A stretch of 64,000 nt of DNA from Eledone cirrhosa (lineage: Eukaryota): the NCBI GenBank assembly GCA_964016885.1, contig OZ024747.1:15438001-15502000 (forward strand). Reading direction: 5' to 3'. The number at the start of each line of letters is the position of its first letter. Within the stretch, counting starts at the first letter, position 1. This document shows, piece by piece, positions 27,879-43,045 of the stretch. The translations under genes were made by a program, and so were the position numbers. Below the pieces are notes generated by a model, which was not told the DNA's origin, searched no databases, and saw nothing but the letters and a program-made list of their open reading frames with translations.

Positions 27879-28549
27879 TCCTTGGATCGAGAAAATAACG
27901 TTGGCCATTGGAGTTGGAACAGCGGTAGAGGCAACAGATGAAGTTTGGAGAATGGTATGTTTGACAGACACTGGTACTGAGTAGATTGCCGTTGCTGATA
28001 TCTATGTAAGAAAGTGGTGCCGCGAAGAAGCTTGGAATCTACATATACAAAATTAATTTTCTTCTCACTTTTCTTTATGTTTAGTAAGAGTAGGAAATAG
28101 GATACGAAGACTTTCATAAACATCATAAGCCATTAGGTTGTTTAACATGGTTGAAGTGAATTGTGACCAAATGGAAAAGGCAATGACACAGAGGTAATAA
28201 CTTCACGTAAGCTCACATCTACTTTAACGTAATCGCAATGATTATCTAGAAAACAACATATGATTTTGACAAGGAAATATATGTTATAATTTAGTAGATG
28301 GTAAATTATAAATGTAGTCGTCATGACTCTTATGTTTTTCTAGACAATAACAGATAATTTTCATAAGGAAAATAAATCATAATTTAGTAGGTTATGAATT
28401 GTAAATGTATTCACCATGCCTCCTATATGGAAATAATCAACATCATTAAGACGAAAGGGCTATTATTATTTTTCAAATATTCATTTCATTTAAAGAGTCA
28501 AAAAGTACTATTTACTGGCAATGATTCATTATAATTACAATCTGCCTCG

Positions 28550-28752
28550 GGGGATTGGCGGAAAGGGTGGGGGATTGGATGTATTGGTAGAAGGTCGGAC
28601 GCCATGCTTTGCAGCATAGAGTTACGCCCCTTTATAATCTGAGTTCAAATCTCGCCGAGGTTCACTTTGCCTTTCATCCTTACGAGGTCAATAAAATAAA
28701 GTACCACTAATGTACTGGGATAATTGCTGGCCTTGTTCCAAAATTAGAAACA
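28550..28752 (+). mobile_element. SINE family A with a 19-bp target-site duplication
   Basis: ataattacaatctgcctcg at 28531-28549 and 28753-28771. Confidence 0.9.
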
Positions 28753-29032
28753 ATAATTACAATCTGCCTCGATATATTCGAGGTACACGTTTTATTTGAC
28801 TCAACACGAAATAAAATAAAAAGTATTTAAGATAAGGGTGTGAGAAAGTTAAACTAATATGAAGCAATTAATCCAGAGATCAACCTGTTATGTCACTGCA
28901 CTACAATTACATTCATATTAAATACTCAGAAGACATTGCAACTGAAATTGTCAACCACCTTTACACAACGATAGATAGTAATTATATATATATATGTGTA
29001 TATGTGTGTGTGTACATCTCACTTTCTCACTT

Positions 29033-29114
<82 letters not shown>

Positions 29115-29238
29115 TAAATTCATATACATATAAAAGTGTTTATACATCACATACATACACTCACACACATGCACCAACACACACATATTTTATAAGCATT
29201 TATGTGTATATTTCTCTATGTGTGTGTATGTATATTTT

Positions 29239-29294
<56 letters not shown>

Positions 29295-29705
29295 GGGGGG
29301 GGTGTATTCTATTTTACGAATCAATTGGCAAAAATATTTACACGCTACAAATGCATTAAGTAATTTTCATCCTGACGTTCTCAAAGTATTTAATTAAATG
29401 TACGTAAAGAAAAACGTAATTATTGAAAAATCTATCGTACAACACAATTTAATAGTTAAATTTCCTTTTAAGAGCTGGCTATAAAATATTAAATATCTTT
29501 GCGATTTACGGTTTTTTATTCTCTTTAATTCCGTTCTAAAGTATATTTTGCGTTGATACATTAAACTGACATCTTCTTGTAAGTCGATTGTTCACCGACA
29601 AGCGTGTTCTTGCTTTATTTAAGAGAGAGAAATCTGGACGAACAGTTTACTACCATTATACATTCAGTGTATGTATGTTTGTATACGTGTATGTATGTAT
29701 GTATT

Positions 29706-29768
<63 letters not shown>

Positions 29769-30241
29769 GTATAAATGATTTCATATATAATATATATATA
29801 TGTGTGTATGTATGTAGCAATGTTTATGAATATATACATATATACGTACGTATGTATGTATACAATTATGTATGTAAGTATTTATGTACGTATGTATGTA
29901 TTTACGTATGTATGTATGTATGTATGTATGTATAAACGAATTCATATATGAATATATATATATATGTGTGTGTGTATGCATGTAGCAATGTTTATCTATA
30001 TATACGTACATACGTACGTATGTATGTATTTAGCTATGTATGTATCTATATATTTATGTATGAATGTATTTGATTAATGTATGTATGCATGGATTTAAAT
30101 AGAATATACACATTTGTATTAGCGTGATATATGTAATTAGCAATAGTTTCAACGCAAAGTATTGTAAAATCAAGATATATACTTGTGTAGTTAAAGAAAC
30201 CTGCTTTTGTTTAGACTCTAAATATCTGTATATACATTACG

Positions 30242-30529
30242 CAGTGATTCTCAACGTGGTCCACATAGCATTTCTAGTGGTCCACAGAGAATTCGAAGAC
30301 ATAAAAATTTGTAGCCATTTCACAAAAAATTTAACTCATATAATATTTTGTTTTATTACACACATGTCCATTATATTTGAAAATTTCGAGTTCACAGCTC
30401 TGATACTATGGGCATGTGGTTAGAATGTCTCTAGCAGTTCTATTACAAAAGATTTAAAAGCTTAGGTGGTCCACAGGAAAAAATTACTTATTTCGTTGGT
30501 CCACAGCGAAAAAAAGGTTGAGACCCCTG
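30242..30529. mobile_element. hAT-type MITE
   Basis: Imperfect TIRs cagtgattctcaac / gttgagacccctg; four subterminal tggtccaca motifs; no clean TSD. Confidence 0.65.
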
Positions 30530-30766
30530 GTTTAGAGTTACTCAGAAGTTTTAAAGCATTGTAGATATTATGCAACATTCAGTACTTTGTACCTGGATGA
30601 CTGTATGTGTGTCTCTGTGTTTGTGTGTGAGTGGGTATGTGTATGTGGATATACTAATTAGGACATTTGTATAACTTACTGGGTTCCTCCAAAGCAGTGT
30701 TCCAAATCTGTATAACATATGTGAATAATAGTTATATATATATACACCCACGTACGCACGACCACC

Positions 30767-30799
<33 letters not shown>

Positions 30800-30823
30800 C
30801 ATAAGAACAGAAGCAAAGCATCG

Positions 30824-30854
<31 letters not shown>

Positions 30855-30902
30855 TTATATATTTATATATATCATAAGAACAGACGCAAAGAATAGCACA
30901 CA

Positions 30903-30955
<53 letters not shown>

Positions 30956-30995
30956 TTATATATATCATAAGAACAGAAGCAAAGAATGGCACACA

Positions 30996-31076
<81 letters not shown>

Positions 31077-31684
31077 AGAGAGAGAGAGATAGAAAGAGAG
31101 AGAGAGAGAGAGAAGGAGAGAGAGAGAGAGAGAAGCAGGTGTTATATGTTATATGGAAGATCATAAATAGAAACATTCAAAAGTTAACAGATTGAGCACT
31201 CAATACATATGAACAGATTACAGGATATACTTTATATATTGTAATGTATTTTAAAGAGGAGCATTGAGATTACTTTAACAAAATATTCTAATATGTTTCC
31301 ATCATAATTCCGGCTGTTTATATTAAAATAATTTTCATTATGACCTAAAATTCAAGATAAAATACTAGAGAAACAGCCAAAATAATAATTAAGCTGTAAA
31401 AGAGAAATATGTGTATATTCCAATATGTGTAATAATATTTTCCGATAAAAAAAAGTTAAAAAAAGACAGCATAATAGGAATTCATTACCATACGAAGACA
31501 TGAAACACCGTTCATGATCTTGTGTCTTACACGCTGAACATACACAAAGTGTCTCACATCATTTTATGTATGCATAAATAATAATATACTTACATCAACA
31601 TAGATTTGCATATACACATACGCAGACACCTACACAGGCACACAGGACATATGATGCCGAATGACATTCACACACATACCCATG

Positions 31685-31706
31685 TGTATGTGTAGCTATA
31701 TATATA

Positions 31707-31776
<70 letters not shown>

Positions 31777-31804
31777 TTTACACACACACATATATATATA
31801 TATG

Positions 31805-31842
<38 letters not shown>

Positions 31843-32092
31843 CACACATATATATATTTATATATATACATATATATATACACATATATATATATACACA
31901 CATATATATATGTATATATATACATATATATATATATACACATATATATATATACACACATATATATATGTATGTATATATATACATATATATATATATA
32001 CACATATATATATATACACACATATATATATGTATATATATACATATATATATATATATACACATATATATATATACACACATATATATATG

Positions 32093-32148
<56 letters not shown>

Positions 32149-32206
32149 CACAGATATATATATATGTATATATATACACATATATATATATATATATATA
32201 TATGTG

Positions 32207-32250
<44 letters not shown>

Positions 32251-32255
32251 CATAC

Positions 32256-32335
<80 letters not shown>

Positions 32336-32345
32336 TTATGTATGC
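31685..32345. repeat. Compound (TA)n/(CA)n microsatellite
   Basis: Direct reading. Confidence 0.95.
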
Positions 32346-32829
32346 ATGTACGTACGTATATATGACGGTGCGTATGTATGTAGTATATTTGTATGAACGC
32401 ATGTATATGCATTCATCTTTTGTTTTGTTTTGTTATTTTGCATTTTTAGCTTGGCTGCTCCTGTATTTGCTCATAAAATATGCATGTATTTATAATTTAA
32501 ATATTATCTACAGTCACTGACCGGACTGAAGTATAGCTATGTCATATTTTCTGCTCAATATCTACCCAGGAGATATTAGCACTACGCACGCACTATATAT
32601 ATAGAGAGAAAAATCAGTTAGCCCCGTACACATATATTCATACGCCAATGCACACGCACACATATCCCCGCACATTCACACATACATTCACAGACACACA
32701 TATATACACACACACAAGCACATATACACAAATATATGCGTATTTTTATGTCTTACCATTCTCTCTTTATATAAATATATATATAAATAAATTATACAAT
32801 TATCAAAGTTGTGTTCAAATCATTTAATA

Positions 32830-32874
32830 GCTGACAATCGTTTCTTCCAAACTCTCGTTTGGTGTCATCGGAGC
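32830..32874 (-). ncRNA. Hammerhead (CCGATGA core) in the inverted pLTR
   Basis: Reverse complement of 36604-36648. Confidence 0.8.
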
Positions 32875-33320
32875 ATTATCAATGTTTGCACATATAATTA
32901 CCCTCCTATCCAACTGAACAATAATATAGATACATATAAATTGATGTTGTGAGCAAAAGTTTCGTGTTTACAGGGTGGAATGGATTTTACGAGAATTGTA
33001 CCATAATTGTACAAAATTCAAGTTCAAATTCAAATCAAAATTAAAATCAAAATCAAAAGCACGGAGTGGAATACATGCAACAGTTAAAAGAAGGGAATAG
33101 TCCAAATATTAAAGAGGCATTGAGGAAGCAGTTTTGAGAAAGAAAGAGTGCGATAACAAATCATATGCAGGCGTGTGGATAGTGTGACTGCGTAAGTGAT
33201 ATACATGAGAAGGAGACAAGCAAAGCTATTATGCATATATAGATGAATAAATACTGCAGTTGAAGCACATATGTTAATGTATTAGACTCTATGGTGGGTG
33301 TTGAATGTTGATGGTGTTCG

Positions 33321-35310
33321 AACTACCAAAAAACTACTACTAAAAACCTAGAAGATATAAATATTGAAAGCCGTAATATAGTGAGTAAATTAGGACTTCA
33401 GAGACATACACAGCCATAAACCCCTAATCCCCGAATATTCTCTCCTGAAGGACCATAAAGAAGACTTCATTAGTAACCCTTCAATTAGACTGATTTGCCC
33501 TTCCAAGTCTGACATTGGTATTTTCAGCCAGAAAATATTAGATAAAATCATCCCACAATTTAAGCACAAAATATACCTTAACCAATGGGGAAATACGGGT
33601 GAGGTTATTAAATGGTTCAAGGGTATTAAAGAGTGTAAAAATAAAAAAAATTATACAATTTGATATCAATTCTTACTACACCTCTATTTCCCCTATCCTA
33701 TTAAATAAGGCTCTTATGGCCATGAACAATAGTGACCTAACTAGGTCCCAAATTGACTTGCGGCCCGAAAAACCATAATCACATTTGAAGAACAATTATG
33801 GACCCGCAAGGATACGCATAACAACTTCGACATAACCATGGGATCTAGTGACTCAGCGCAGGTCACCGATTTGGTGGGCCTATACCTACTTAACGAAATC
33901 CATAAGAACCTACCCTATCTCAACAGTGGTTTATACCGCGATGATGCGCTTCTTCTCATAGACTATAAAACATTTAATATAGAAAAAACTAAGAAACAGT
34001 TTCACAAATTTTTCAAAAACTACAATTTAAGTATCACCTAGGATAAAAACACTAAAAACGTCAACTTCCTTGACGCTAGACTCTAGAGTATACACACCCT
34101 AACATAAACCTAACGAAAAACTAATTTATGTGAACACCAACTCTAACCACCCTAAATCCATATTAAACTCCATTACCAAAGGAATATCTAATAGAATCTC
34201 TAATCTATCATATAATGAAACTATATTTAACAATAATTAACAATACTATAATGAGGCCTTAGCTAAATCAGGACATAAGAATGAGATTGAATTCCTACCT
34301 ATAAAATCACATAGTTACAACATTATTTCTCATAATATGGCCATGAGGAAAAATAGTAAAAATACCAGCCACTATAACTCTAAGACGAAGATTAATACCA
34401 AACTTAACTCGCACAAAAGTAAACACCACAATAATAATTTAAACAGGGATATGAATACCTCAAAGAATAATAATATAAACAAAAATAGAAGGAGAACTAA
34501 TACATTCTTCAATCCCCCTTTCAATCCAAACGTCTCTACCAACTTGCCTAAGGCTTTCTTCTCAATCTTAGAAAAAGACTTCCCGACCGGCCACAAGTAC
34601 CATAGCCTTATCAATAAAAATACAATTAAATGATTGTACTCCACCACACCTAACATAGCATACAATATAGCTAGTAGCAATAAAAGAAAGATTAATAACT
34701 ATTTCCAACTAATTAAAACACAACAGGAGGTAAACTTAGTACCTGTAAACAAAAGTAGTAATAATAGTAATAATGGTAATAGCACTAATGAAATCAATAA
34801 CAATACGAATGATAGGCTTCCTTACCCTAGTGCTACCCCTACAACCAGAATTCTTCACAACATAGGAACCGGCAAGCTAACACCCAGAATAAATGTAACT
34901 GTAGAACTAATAGAACTTGCCCCTTAGGTAATAATTGCTTAACCAAAGACATCATCTACTCATGCACCGTCAACGCAAACAACTCTTGTAAAATATATAT
35001 AGGTTCTACTTCGAACAACTTCAAGACGATATACAACTCGCACCTCCACTCTTTCAAGAAACACAATCTAGCCAGCTCCACTTCTTTATCTAGCTATATA
35101 CACTCTCTGAAAACTAGGAATAGACCATTTACACTCCAATGGGAAGTAGTAGGTAGGGCCTCATCGAATAAATTGTGTAATGTCTGCTTGCTGGAGACCC
35201 ATACTATAATCCTTTCGAAACTAGACCTCCTAAATAGAAAGTCAGAGAAATTTTCCTCGTGCCAACTCCGGTACCGAGACTCGTTCCTTAACTTTAAACC
35301 TAGCTGTTAG
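33321..35310 (+). pseudogene. PLE RT-GIY-YIG polyprotein with multiple stops and frameshifts
   Basis: NYQKTTTKNLEDINIE, MGSSDSAQVTDLVG, GLYRDDAL, FFNPPF, YSTTPN, KCNCRTNRTCPLGNNC, IIY...YIGSTSNNFK; co-linear with element 1. Confidence 0.9.
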
Positions 35311-36603
35311 TATACAACAATGTCAGATTTGAATTCCCCACCACCATTGACACTACACATCTAGGACTTAGCAGCACCCACAACCACAAAACCCTCGACC
35401 AACTCTTTCCGCTACACAACTCCTATTCACCTATAACCTTATGTCTGCAATAACAGTTAGAATTAGACATAGAGATTCCACCTTGTGATATAACTACAAT
35501 AGATCAATTATATCTTACACAGTAATGTATATTTGGCACTTGGTATGTAGAGACATTTAATGTAATGTGTGATGATAAACTATGTATGAATTTGTAATTG
35601 CATAATTAAATGCTTAAATTACAGAACATAATAGTAATAAAGTATATATACACATATAATTAAATATAGAATGTAATAGCATTCTATATTAGGGATTATA
35701 TTATTGCACATATGGCATATCTACTATGATATATTAACAGCTGTATAATCCTTCATAACATATACCTTGTCCAGTAATGAATAGATAAAAATCTAAAGAA
35801 AACTTTAATGTATGATAGTAGAATACACTGTATTTAAAAAATCAGGCATAAATATACAGGGTTATGTAACAGAGATCCAATGGTATCACATTATATTGTG
35901 TATTAGAACAAAGAATTTTAATAACTGAATTGAACTTAATTAGCTAGTTACTTCCCCTTACGCATTAGCTCCCCTTATTCAATTCTGGAAATTAACGATT
36001 GCAAATTTAACGGTTGATCAAATATAGTCTATGAATATGAATTCATTAAGACTAATTTACAATCCATTACTCTAACTAACTTAAAACACTCAATATAAAC
36101 ATTAACTGAAATTTAATTCAACATATGTCATGGAAAAGTATGCAAAAACTGTATGTTTCTCAACACACATTAACATATTTGCTTCAACTGCAGTATTTAT
36201 TCATCTATATATACATAATAGATTTGCTTGTCTCCTTCTCATGTATATGTCTTACGCAGTCACACTATCCACACGCCTGCATATGATTTGTTATCGCACT
36301 CTTTCTTTCTCAAAACTGCTTCCTCAATGCCTCTTTAATATTTAACTATTTCCTTGTTTTAACTGTTGCATGTATTCCACTCCGTGCTTTTGATTTTGAT
36401 TTTGATTTTAATTTTAATCTTGATTTGAATTTGAACTTGAATTTTGTACAATTATTGTACAATTCATCGTAAAATATATGTCACATCCATTCCCCACTGT
36501 AAACACGAAACTGTTGCTCACAACATCAATTTATATGTATCTATATTATTGTTCAGTTGTTCAGTTGGATAGGAGGGTAATTATATGTGCAAACATTGAT
36601 AAT

Positions 36604-36648
36604 GCTCCGATGACACCAAACGAGAGTTTGGAAGAAACGATTGTCAGC
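36604..36648 (+). ncRNA. Hammerhead (CCGATGA core) in the 3' pLTR of element 2
   Basis: gct-CCGATGA-ca-ccaaac gaga gtttgg-aa-GAAA-cgattg-TC-agc, then ATTAAA. Confidence 0.8.
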
Positions 36649-36884
36649 TATTAAATGATTTGAACACAACTTTGATAATTGTATAATTTATTTATTTAAC
36701 TGCTCTGTAAAACAACTGGTGTTCATACATTGAGCTATTTCTCTTACTGGTAATAAGGTAATTAAGAAATTACTGACCATCCTGTTTATAGTTGTTTATA
36801 CTATATACATAACAATAAATATTATTATTATTATTATAAATATATACATATATATTTATATATATATACATATTATAATAATAA

Positions 36885-37292
36885 TGGTTTCTTATATAGG
36901 CACAAGGCCAGCAATTATGGGGGAGGAGAAAGTCGATTAAATCGACCCCAGTGCGTGACTGGTACTTTATGTTATCGACCCCGTAAGGATGAAAGGCAAA
37001 GTTAACCTCGGCGGGATTTGAACTCAGTCCGTAAAGGGACGTAACTCTTTGCTGCAAAGCAGGCGTCCGGCCCTCTACCGATACTGCTGATCCACCACCC
37101 TAATAATAATAATAATAATAATTGTTTCTACTTTTAGCACATTACCTGCAATTATGCCAGCGCATTACTGGTACTTTATTTTATCGACCACATAATGATC
37201 AAAGGCGGGATTTGAATTCAGAATTGCAAGGACCATAACTCTATCCGTCAAAGGATGGTGTCTCACACTCTACCGAAACTGCCAGTCCACCG
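36885..37292 (-). mobile_element. Two tandem SINE family A copies
   Basis: Family core occurs twice, separated by (TAA)n. Confidence 0.85.
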
Positions 37293-37451
37293 TGAGTGAA
37301 GAATAACCTGGATCGGTATGCCACGGCACATCGTTGATTTAAATATATATATATACTACATGGCCCGTCCGGCTGGCGCCAGGCTAGGTATACCTGCCCC
37401 CTCCACTCCACTGCAAATATACTACGCACCCTCCCGTGTCACATTGTCCTT

Positions 37452-37487
<36 letters not shown>

Positions 37488-37610
37488 AACTAACACTATA
37501 ATTGTATCTCTCTCTGTCTAACGGCATATGTCTCTGTTTTCCGCTCCCTCTGTTTTTATGTCTCTCATGTAGATGTCTGTGTGTAGTTTTTTCTAATCTT
37601 GCTCTAAATC

Positions 37611-37662
<52 letters not shown>

Positions 37663-38073
37663 TCTCTTTCTCTTTCTATCTCTCTCTCTATCTTTCTCTC
37701 TCTATGTGTATATATTGAAGGGAGATACGGAAACTAATACAGTGTGGTCACTCTCGACAGAGAGAGTAAATCAGTTAAATTATAGAGAGGGGGAATGATC
37801 TTACATACATACATATAACGTATAGATATGTGTGTGTGTGTGTATGTGTGTATGTGCATGTGCGTCTATGTGTGTTTTGTTTTTATGTTATCCGGCAATT
37901 GGCGAAATCAGGTGTGTGTGTGTGTGTGTCTGTGTTACTTATGCGAGCGACGACAGAATAAGGGTGTGGGATACATACATTATTATATTTGTCTGTATTT
38001 TCGTTCTGCAACCATTAGAGACAGAGAGTAAAGCAGTTAAATTATAGAGAGGGTGAAAGAAGGAGAGAGAGAG

Positions 38074-38133
<60 letters not shown>

Positions 38134-38552
38134 GACGCTCTCAGTTTTATAATATTAGAGAGTGAAGAGCGACAGAGAGAGTAAAGCAGTTAAATTATAG
38201 AGAGGGGAAATTATCTATTATAGAGAGAGAGAAGAGCGATGGAGAGAGTAAAGCTAAGAAACTATAGGGAGGTGTGTAGGATACATACATAATACATACA
38301 CACGACACACAGCGTTATAATATTATATATATATATAATATTATAAAGTTGAGTGTCGTGTGTATGTATTATAAAGCATATAATACATACACACGACACT
38401 CAGCTTTATAATATTATATATATATATATATATATAATATTATAAAGCTGAGTGTCGTGTGTATGTGTCCTATATACATATATATATATAGGAGTAAGTA
38501 AGACCCCGACGGCTGAGCTCAAGCCGTTTCGACGGCTAATTCTGTACTGAAT

Positions 38553-38586
<34 letters not shown>

Positions 38587-38714
38587 ACCAAACAGTGAGT
38601 GTGTTCTGTTATTAATTCTGGCAATATTACACAAATATGACCCTCCCAAGTATAACAATATTTGTTTCGACACACGATTTCATATCAAAAATCTCGCAAA
38701 CTAATTCATCGCCG

Positions 38715-38776
<62 letters not shown>

Positions 38777-39035
38777 TACCAAAACGCAAAGTATTTAAGA
38801 ACATGTGTTTTCGAGATACTCAGAGTTTCAAGATAGGAGCCTAATTGAAAAGCAAAGGACGAATCTTACGCGGCAAAGTTTGCAGTTTCCTTCTGGTATT
38901 AAAGCACCCGTTAGGATCTAATGATTTCTTATAGTGCTGCAGCGGATTTCCTTGTATCGTTGATATCACCAGTCATCAGTTCGTGATCCTTTCTATATCG
39001 AGTCATGACTTGCTCTACTCTGAATCAATAGTGCC

Positions 39036-39063
<28 letters not shown>

Positions 39064-39072
<9 letters not shown>

Positions 39073-39414
39073 AATGAATAATAACAGGTAGACATCATAA
39101 AAAGGTAATTTATTCCGTGTGCTTACAAGTGTTTCCACAGTGGTACTGCAGCCTAGTTATGCTACGTGCAAATTCACAAGTACTTGCAGAACTCAACTAT
39201 CCAATGTTGTGACCACTGTTTCCTCAGAGCATTCCTCAGAGCAGAATGCTCTGAGGAAACAGTGGTCACAGCATTGGATATTTGAGTTCTGCAAGTACTT
39301 GTGAATTTGCACGTAGCATAACTAGGCTGCAGTACCACTGTGGAAACACTTGTAAGCACACGGAATAAATTACCTTTTTATGATGTCTACCTGTTATTAT
39401 TCATTCTTTATATA
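39064..39414. mobile_element. Near-perfect 171-bp fold-back with a hammerhead in each arm
   Basis: 39064-39234 is inverted at 39244-39414; 9-bp spacer. Confidence 0.92.
39247..39358 (+). ncRNA. Type I hammerhead with extended stem II (mirror copy 39120-39231 on minus)
   Basis: tgct-CTGAGGA-a-acagtggt...accactgt-g-GAAA-cacttg-TA-agca; AATAAA at 39364. Confidence 0.85.
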
Positions 39415-39550
39415 CACTCCGGAATACTGAAGGATCAGGAACTAAGTTTCTTCAACAATTCTTCCATAACTCGTAGAGTAACCTCTTAGCGTACGTCAAC
39501 CATATCCAGCGTAGTAATTAACCATTACTACATCTTGGATAATCCTACAC

Positions 39551-39608
<58 letters not shown>

Positions 39609-39793
39609 AAATCTTCATACTTATCATTATTTCTATATGTATATTATTTTATCGACCCCGTAAGGATGAAAGGCAAAGTCAAATCCCGCCGAGGTTGACT
39701 TTGCCTTTCATCCTTACGGGGTCAATAAAATAAAGTACCAGTAATGCAGTGGGTAATTGCTGGCCTTGTGCCTAAAGTAGAAACAATTATTTC

Positions 39794-39840
<47 letters not shown>

Positions 39841-39865
39841 TGGATTTAAATCTTCATATTTATCC

Positions 39866-39914
<49 letters not shown>

Positions 39915-41507
39915 AAAAGAGTCATGACCCCGGTGGCTGAGCTCCGGCCGTTTCGACAGCTAGATTCGACAGATATATATATATATATATATATATATTG
40001 TGTCTATTTGTGTGCTTACATCTGTATCTATATATGGTTATATATACATGTATGTGTATAGGTAAGTTTATAGAAATATTTTGGCATTCAGTTTCATATT
40101 TAAATTTCTTTTTCTTTACTTCTGCTCTTTTGTCAACTAATCAATATGTATAAATTATATTGCTCATCTTATTTTCAAATTTCTATTTGCAAAACCTAAA
40201 TCTGTTTCCTAATTGTTTCCCTCATCATAAGTAATATTATTTTTTTTACTAGATTCCCTTTTTTTTTTATTTTATGTTTGAAATATTTCTTCGTGTAATA
40301 TCTTTTTTTTTGCCTTCTTTTTTATCATCATCTGTTTTTAAATATTCAATTACTTTTTAATATTAATTCATGGAACGTTGCTTGTCTGAATGGGTCAGTG
40401 GTTCGATTCGCAATCATTAGGTCCTTGGTTTTATCGCATTGAATGTTATTTTGAGCAGCTGTCTTTACTTTAATCGCAGTTAAACTCAAGACATTTGATT
40501 GAAACTTGTAGAGGGAAATTGTGTAATAGCGTCTGATGGATTGTAACTGACAATCATATGTGCAATCCTTTCACATTTTGTTTCAGCCTGGGCATTTAAA
40601 GAAATATTGTTATAGTTTGTGAAGAAGATGTCCAGTCAACAGTCTGAAAAAAAAACATTTCCCTCTACAAAAAGGGTAAAAACATGGTGGCCCAAGGGGA
40701 ACCGAAATGCAACGCATATTCTTATTAATATATCTGCCCAAAAATATCGTAAGCGGCAAAGATGCAAACAAGACGGCTAAACAAGAAGCACCAGCTTACA
40801 CATACTTCAAGTAAATTTCAAGACGTCAATAGTGGAACATTTCAAATGGTATGGCTCAAAGTAAAACTTCCAGAAGTTGACAACGTTGATGTTGATCAAT
40901 ATTTAAGAAGCATTTTAAACGATTGATCAGCGAAAGATAAAATGTAAAATGGACGTCGGTGGGATTTGAAATCACAAGTTAAGACGTCTTCCCTAGCTAC
41001 TAAACGGCATTTAATCTGCCCATCTACTGTTTCTACTATTTACTGTCCTTTAGATAATAATAACAGTAATAATAATCATAACAGAAGTAGTTGAAGATAT
41101 AGCAGCAGGAACAGCAGCAGCTGATATCATTGTTATCAATTCAATGCCGATAGAGTGAAGATCATTAAAAGCTATTGTTAAACTGACAGGGTTGATAAGC
41201 ATATGGCAGAAAAGAAGTGACACGTCTTCGTAGCTAGCGGAACAATGGAGTAGAATTGTTTCTATTGTCACTCATTATTAGGTAATTTCTATAGGAAATA
41301 TATATCATTCTAATTTCATGACAGCACACTAATAAATAGTCAGACCATTTCCTTTTTGAAGAATTCAATCAAAGATTTACCAAAACAAAATTAAAAAAAG
41401 GAATGAGAATATACTAAATATATTGTTCTATATAAAACTGTATCATTTGAACATTTAAATTGCACGAGAAGCATGTATATTGTGTATATTCAGTGTAACC
41501 TATATAA

Positions 41508-41719
41508 CAGGCATGTGAAAGAGCGGGCCGCATGCGGCCCTTTACAAGCACATCTGCGGCCTTCACTAAGGTTTTTTCCGGCGCGAGCATGTTTTACCTT
41601 CGTAATACAAAATTATAAAAATTAGTTGTAATGTGCGCAATTATTTGTCGTGTGTGACCCTCAGAAAATACATATGTGACACATGTGGCCCTCGGGTGAC
41701 CATCAGTTTGATATGCGTG
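41508..41719. mobile_element. hAT-type MITE with an 8-bp TSD
   Basis: TIRs caggcatgtgaaa / tttgatatgcgtg; ctatataa duplicated at 41500-41507 and 41720-41727. Confidence 0.85.
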
Positions 41720-42629
41720 CTATATAATTCTGGGTGTACAGAGGTACGAACAAAAAATCATAATATATACTATACACATATTGTAAGTAACGAATTCAGT
41801 GTCCCTGTGACAATGCTCAGTTGGGCTAAAAATCTGAAATTTGGTATTTCCTATATTATTACTGTCACAGCATTATCTTAATTCAAGTTTAAGTTTGCTG
41901 TTTTCAAATTGCAACGGTAACTCATCTAAAATTTAGAGAGATTTTAGTAATCAACTATTTATATAATGTGTCCATTACTAAGATTCTGGCTTGGGGACTC
42001 GTTCTTACTATAAGTATTTTTCCAAACCAATGCAAAATGGTCTTCCTTAAGCAGGCTGATGTATTACCTAATTTATTTCTGACATAGTTATACAGTCACA
42101 CATTAAAAAGCAGAGAACAGATGATCATAGCAATCCTTGTTTTGGTTGTAACTTGAGATCAGGATGGATGACACACTTTGCCTCTTCGGATTTGAAATGA
42201 GAATTTAAAATCTCGCAATTAAACGCAAGAAACTACTTGTATAATACATGATATATTTTTCTAGATTACAAATTAGTTCAGAAGCCTTTATATATATATA
42301 TATATATATATATAAATACACACACAAGTATATATATATATATACACACACACGTATATATATACAAACACACATGTATATATATATATATATATATATA
42401 TATGCATACATATAGTTCAAGAAATGTGAAAATGCAAATACAGATGCAAAAATACAATGTCTGGTTACTATAAACAGTTAGGAGGAGATAGAAGGGGATT
42501 TGACCTGTCGGCCATAATACCTTCTTCGGGAAATGGAGACTTCAAAATGAGAATGAAATGGTTGAAACATCGAAATTAGGAAAAAGAAAATTAGCGATAT
42601 ATATATGTATGTATATGTATATATATATA

Positions 42630-42670
<41 letters not shown>

Positions 42671-42672
<2 letters not shown>

Positions 42673-42850
42673 CGGAAGAAATGTGGTAAGGTATCAGGTG
42701 GACCATAACGCAGCAAAGTACTCAATACTTAGGGTAGTAGAGTGGGTAATAGGAACGAGTAGGACCTCGACGGCTGAGCTCAAGCCGTTTCGACGGCTAA
42801 TTCTGGACGAACTTAGTCCAGAATTAGCCGTCGGGGTGCTACTCGTTTCT
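42671..42850. mobile_element. Family C fold-back element in (TA)n
   Basis: Nearly the same sequence as 5947-6160, with a deletion in the right arm. Confidence 0.85.
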
Positions 42851-42959
42851 ATATATATATATATATATATACATATATATATGCATGTATGTATGTACGT
42901 ACATATATATGCATGTATATTTATATACAGGTATATATATATATATACATGTATATTTG

Positions 42960-43045
<86 letters not shown>

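Larger units (their letters stand above)
32784..36770 (+). mobile_element. Penelope-like retroelement 2 (Naiad-type), 5'-truncated and decayed, with ~500-bp inverted pLTR
   Basis: 32784-33280 is the reverse complement of 36167-36694. Hammerheads in both arms; RT/GIY-YIG remnants lie between them. Confidence 0.92.

Noticed and set aside
34631-34633. In-frame TGA in element 2 as selenocysteine (known in some Naiads)
   Set aside because: It aligns to Leu (IKLSFS) in element 1, not Cys; the Cys motifs use TGT/TGC and the copy has many other lesions.
38905-38992. Minus-strand CTGATGA...GAAA
   Set aside because: Stems I and III cannot be closed in register.
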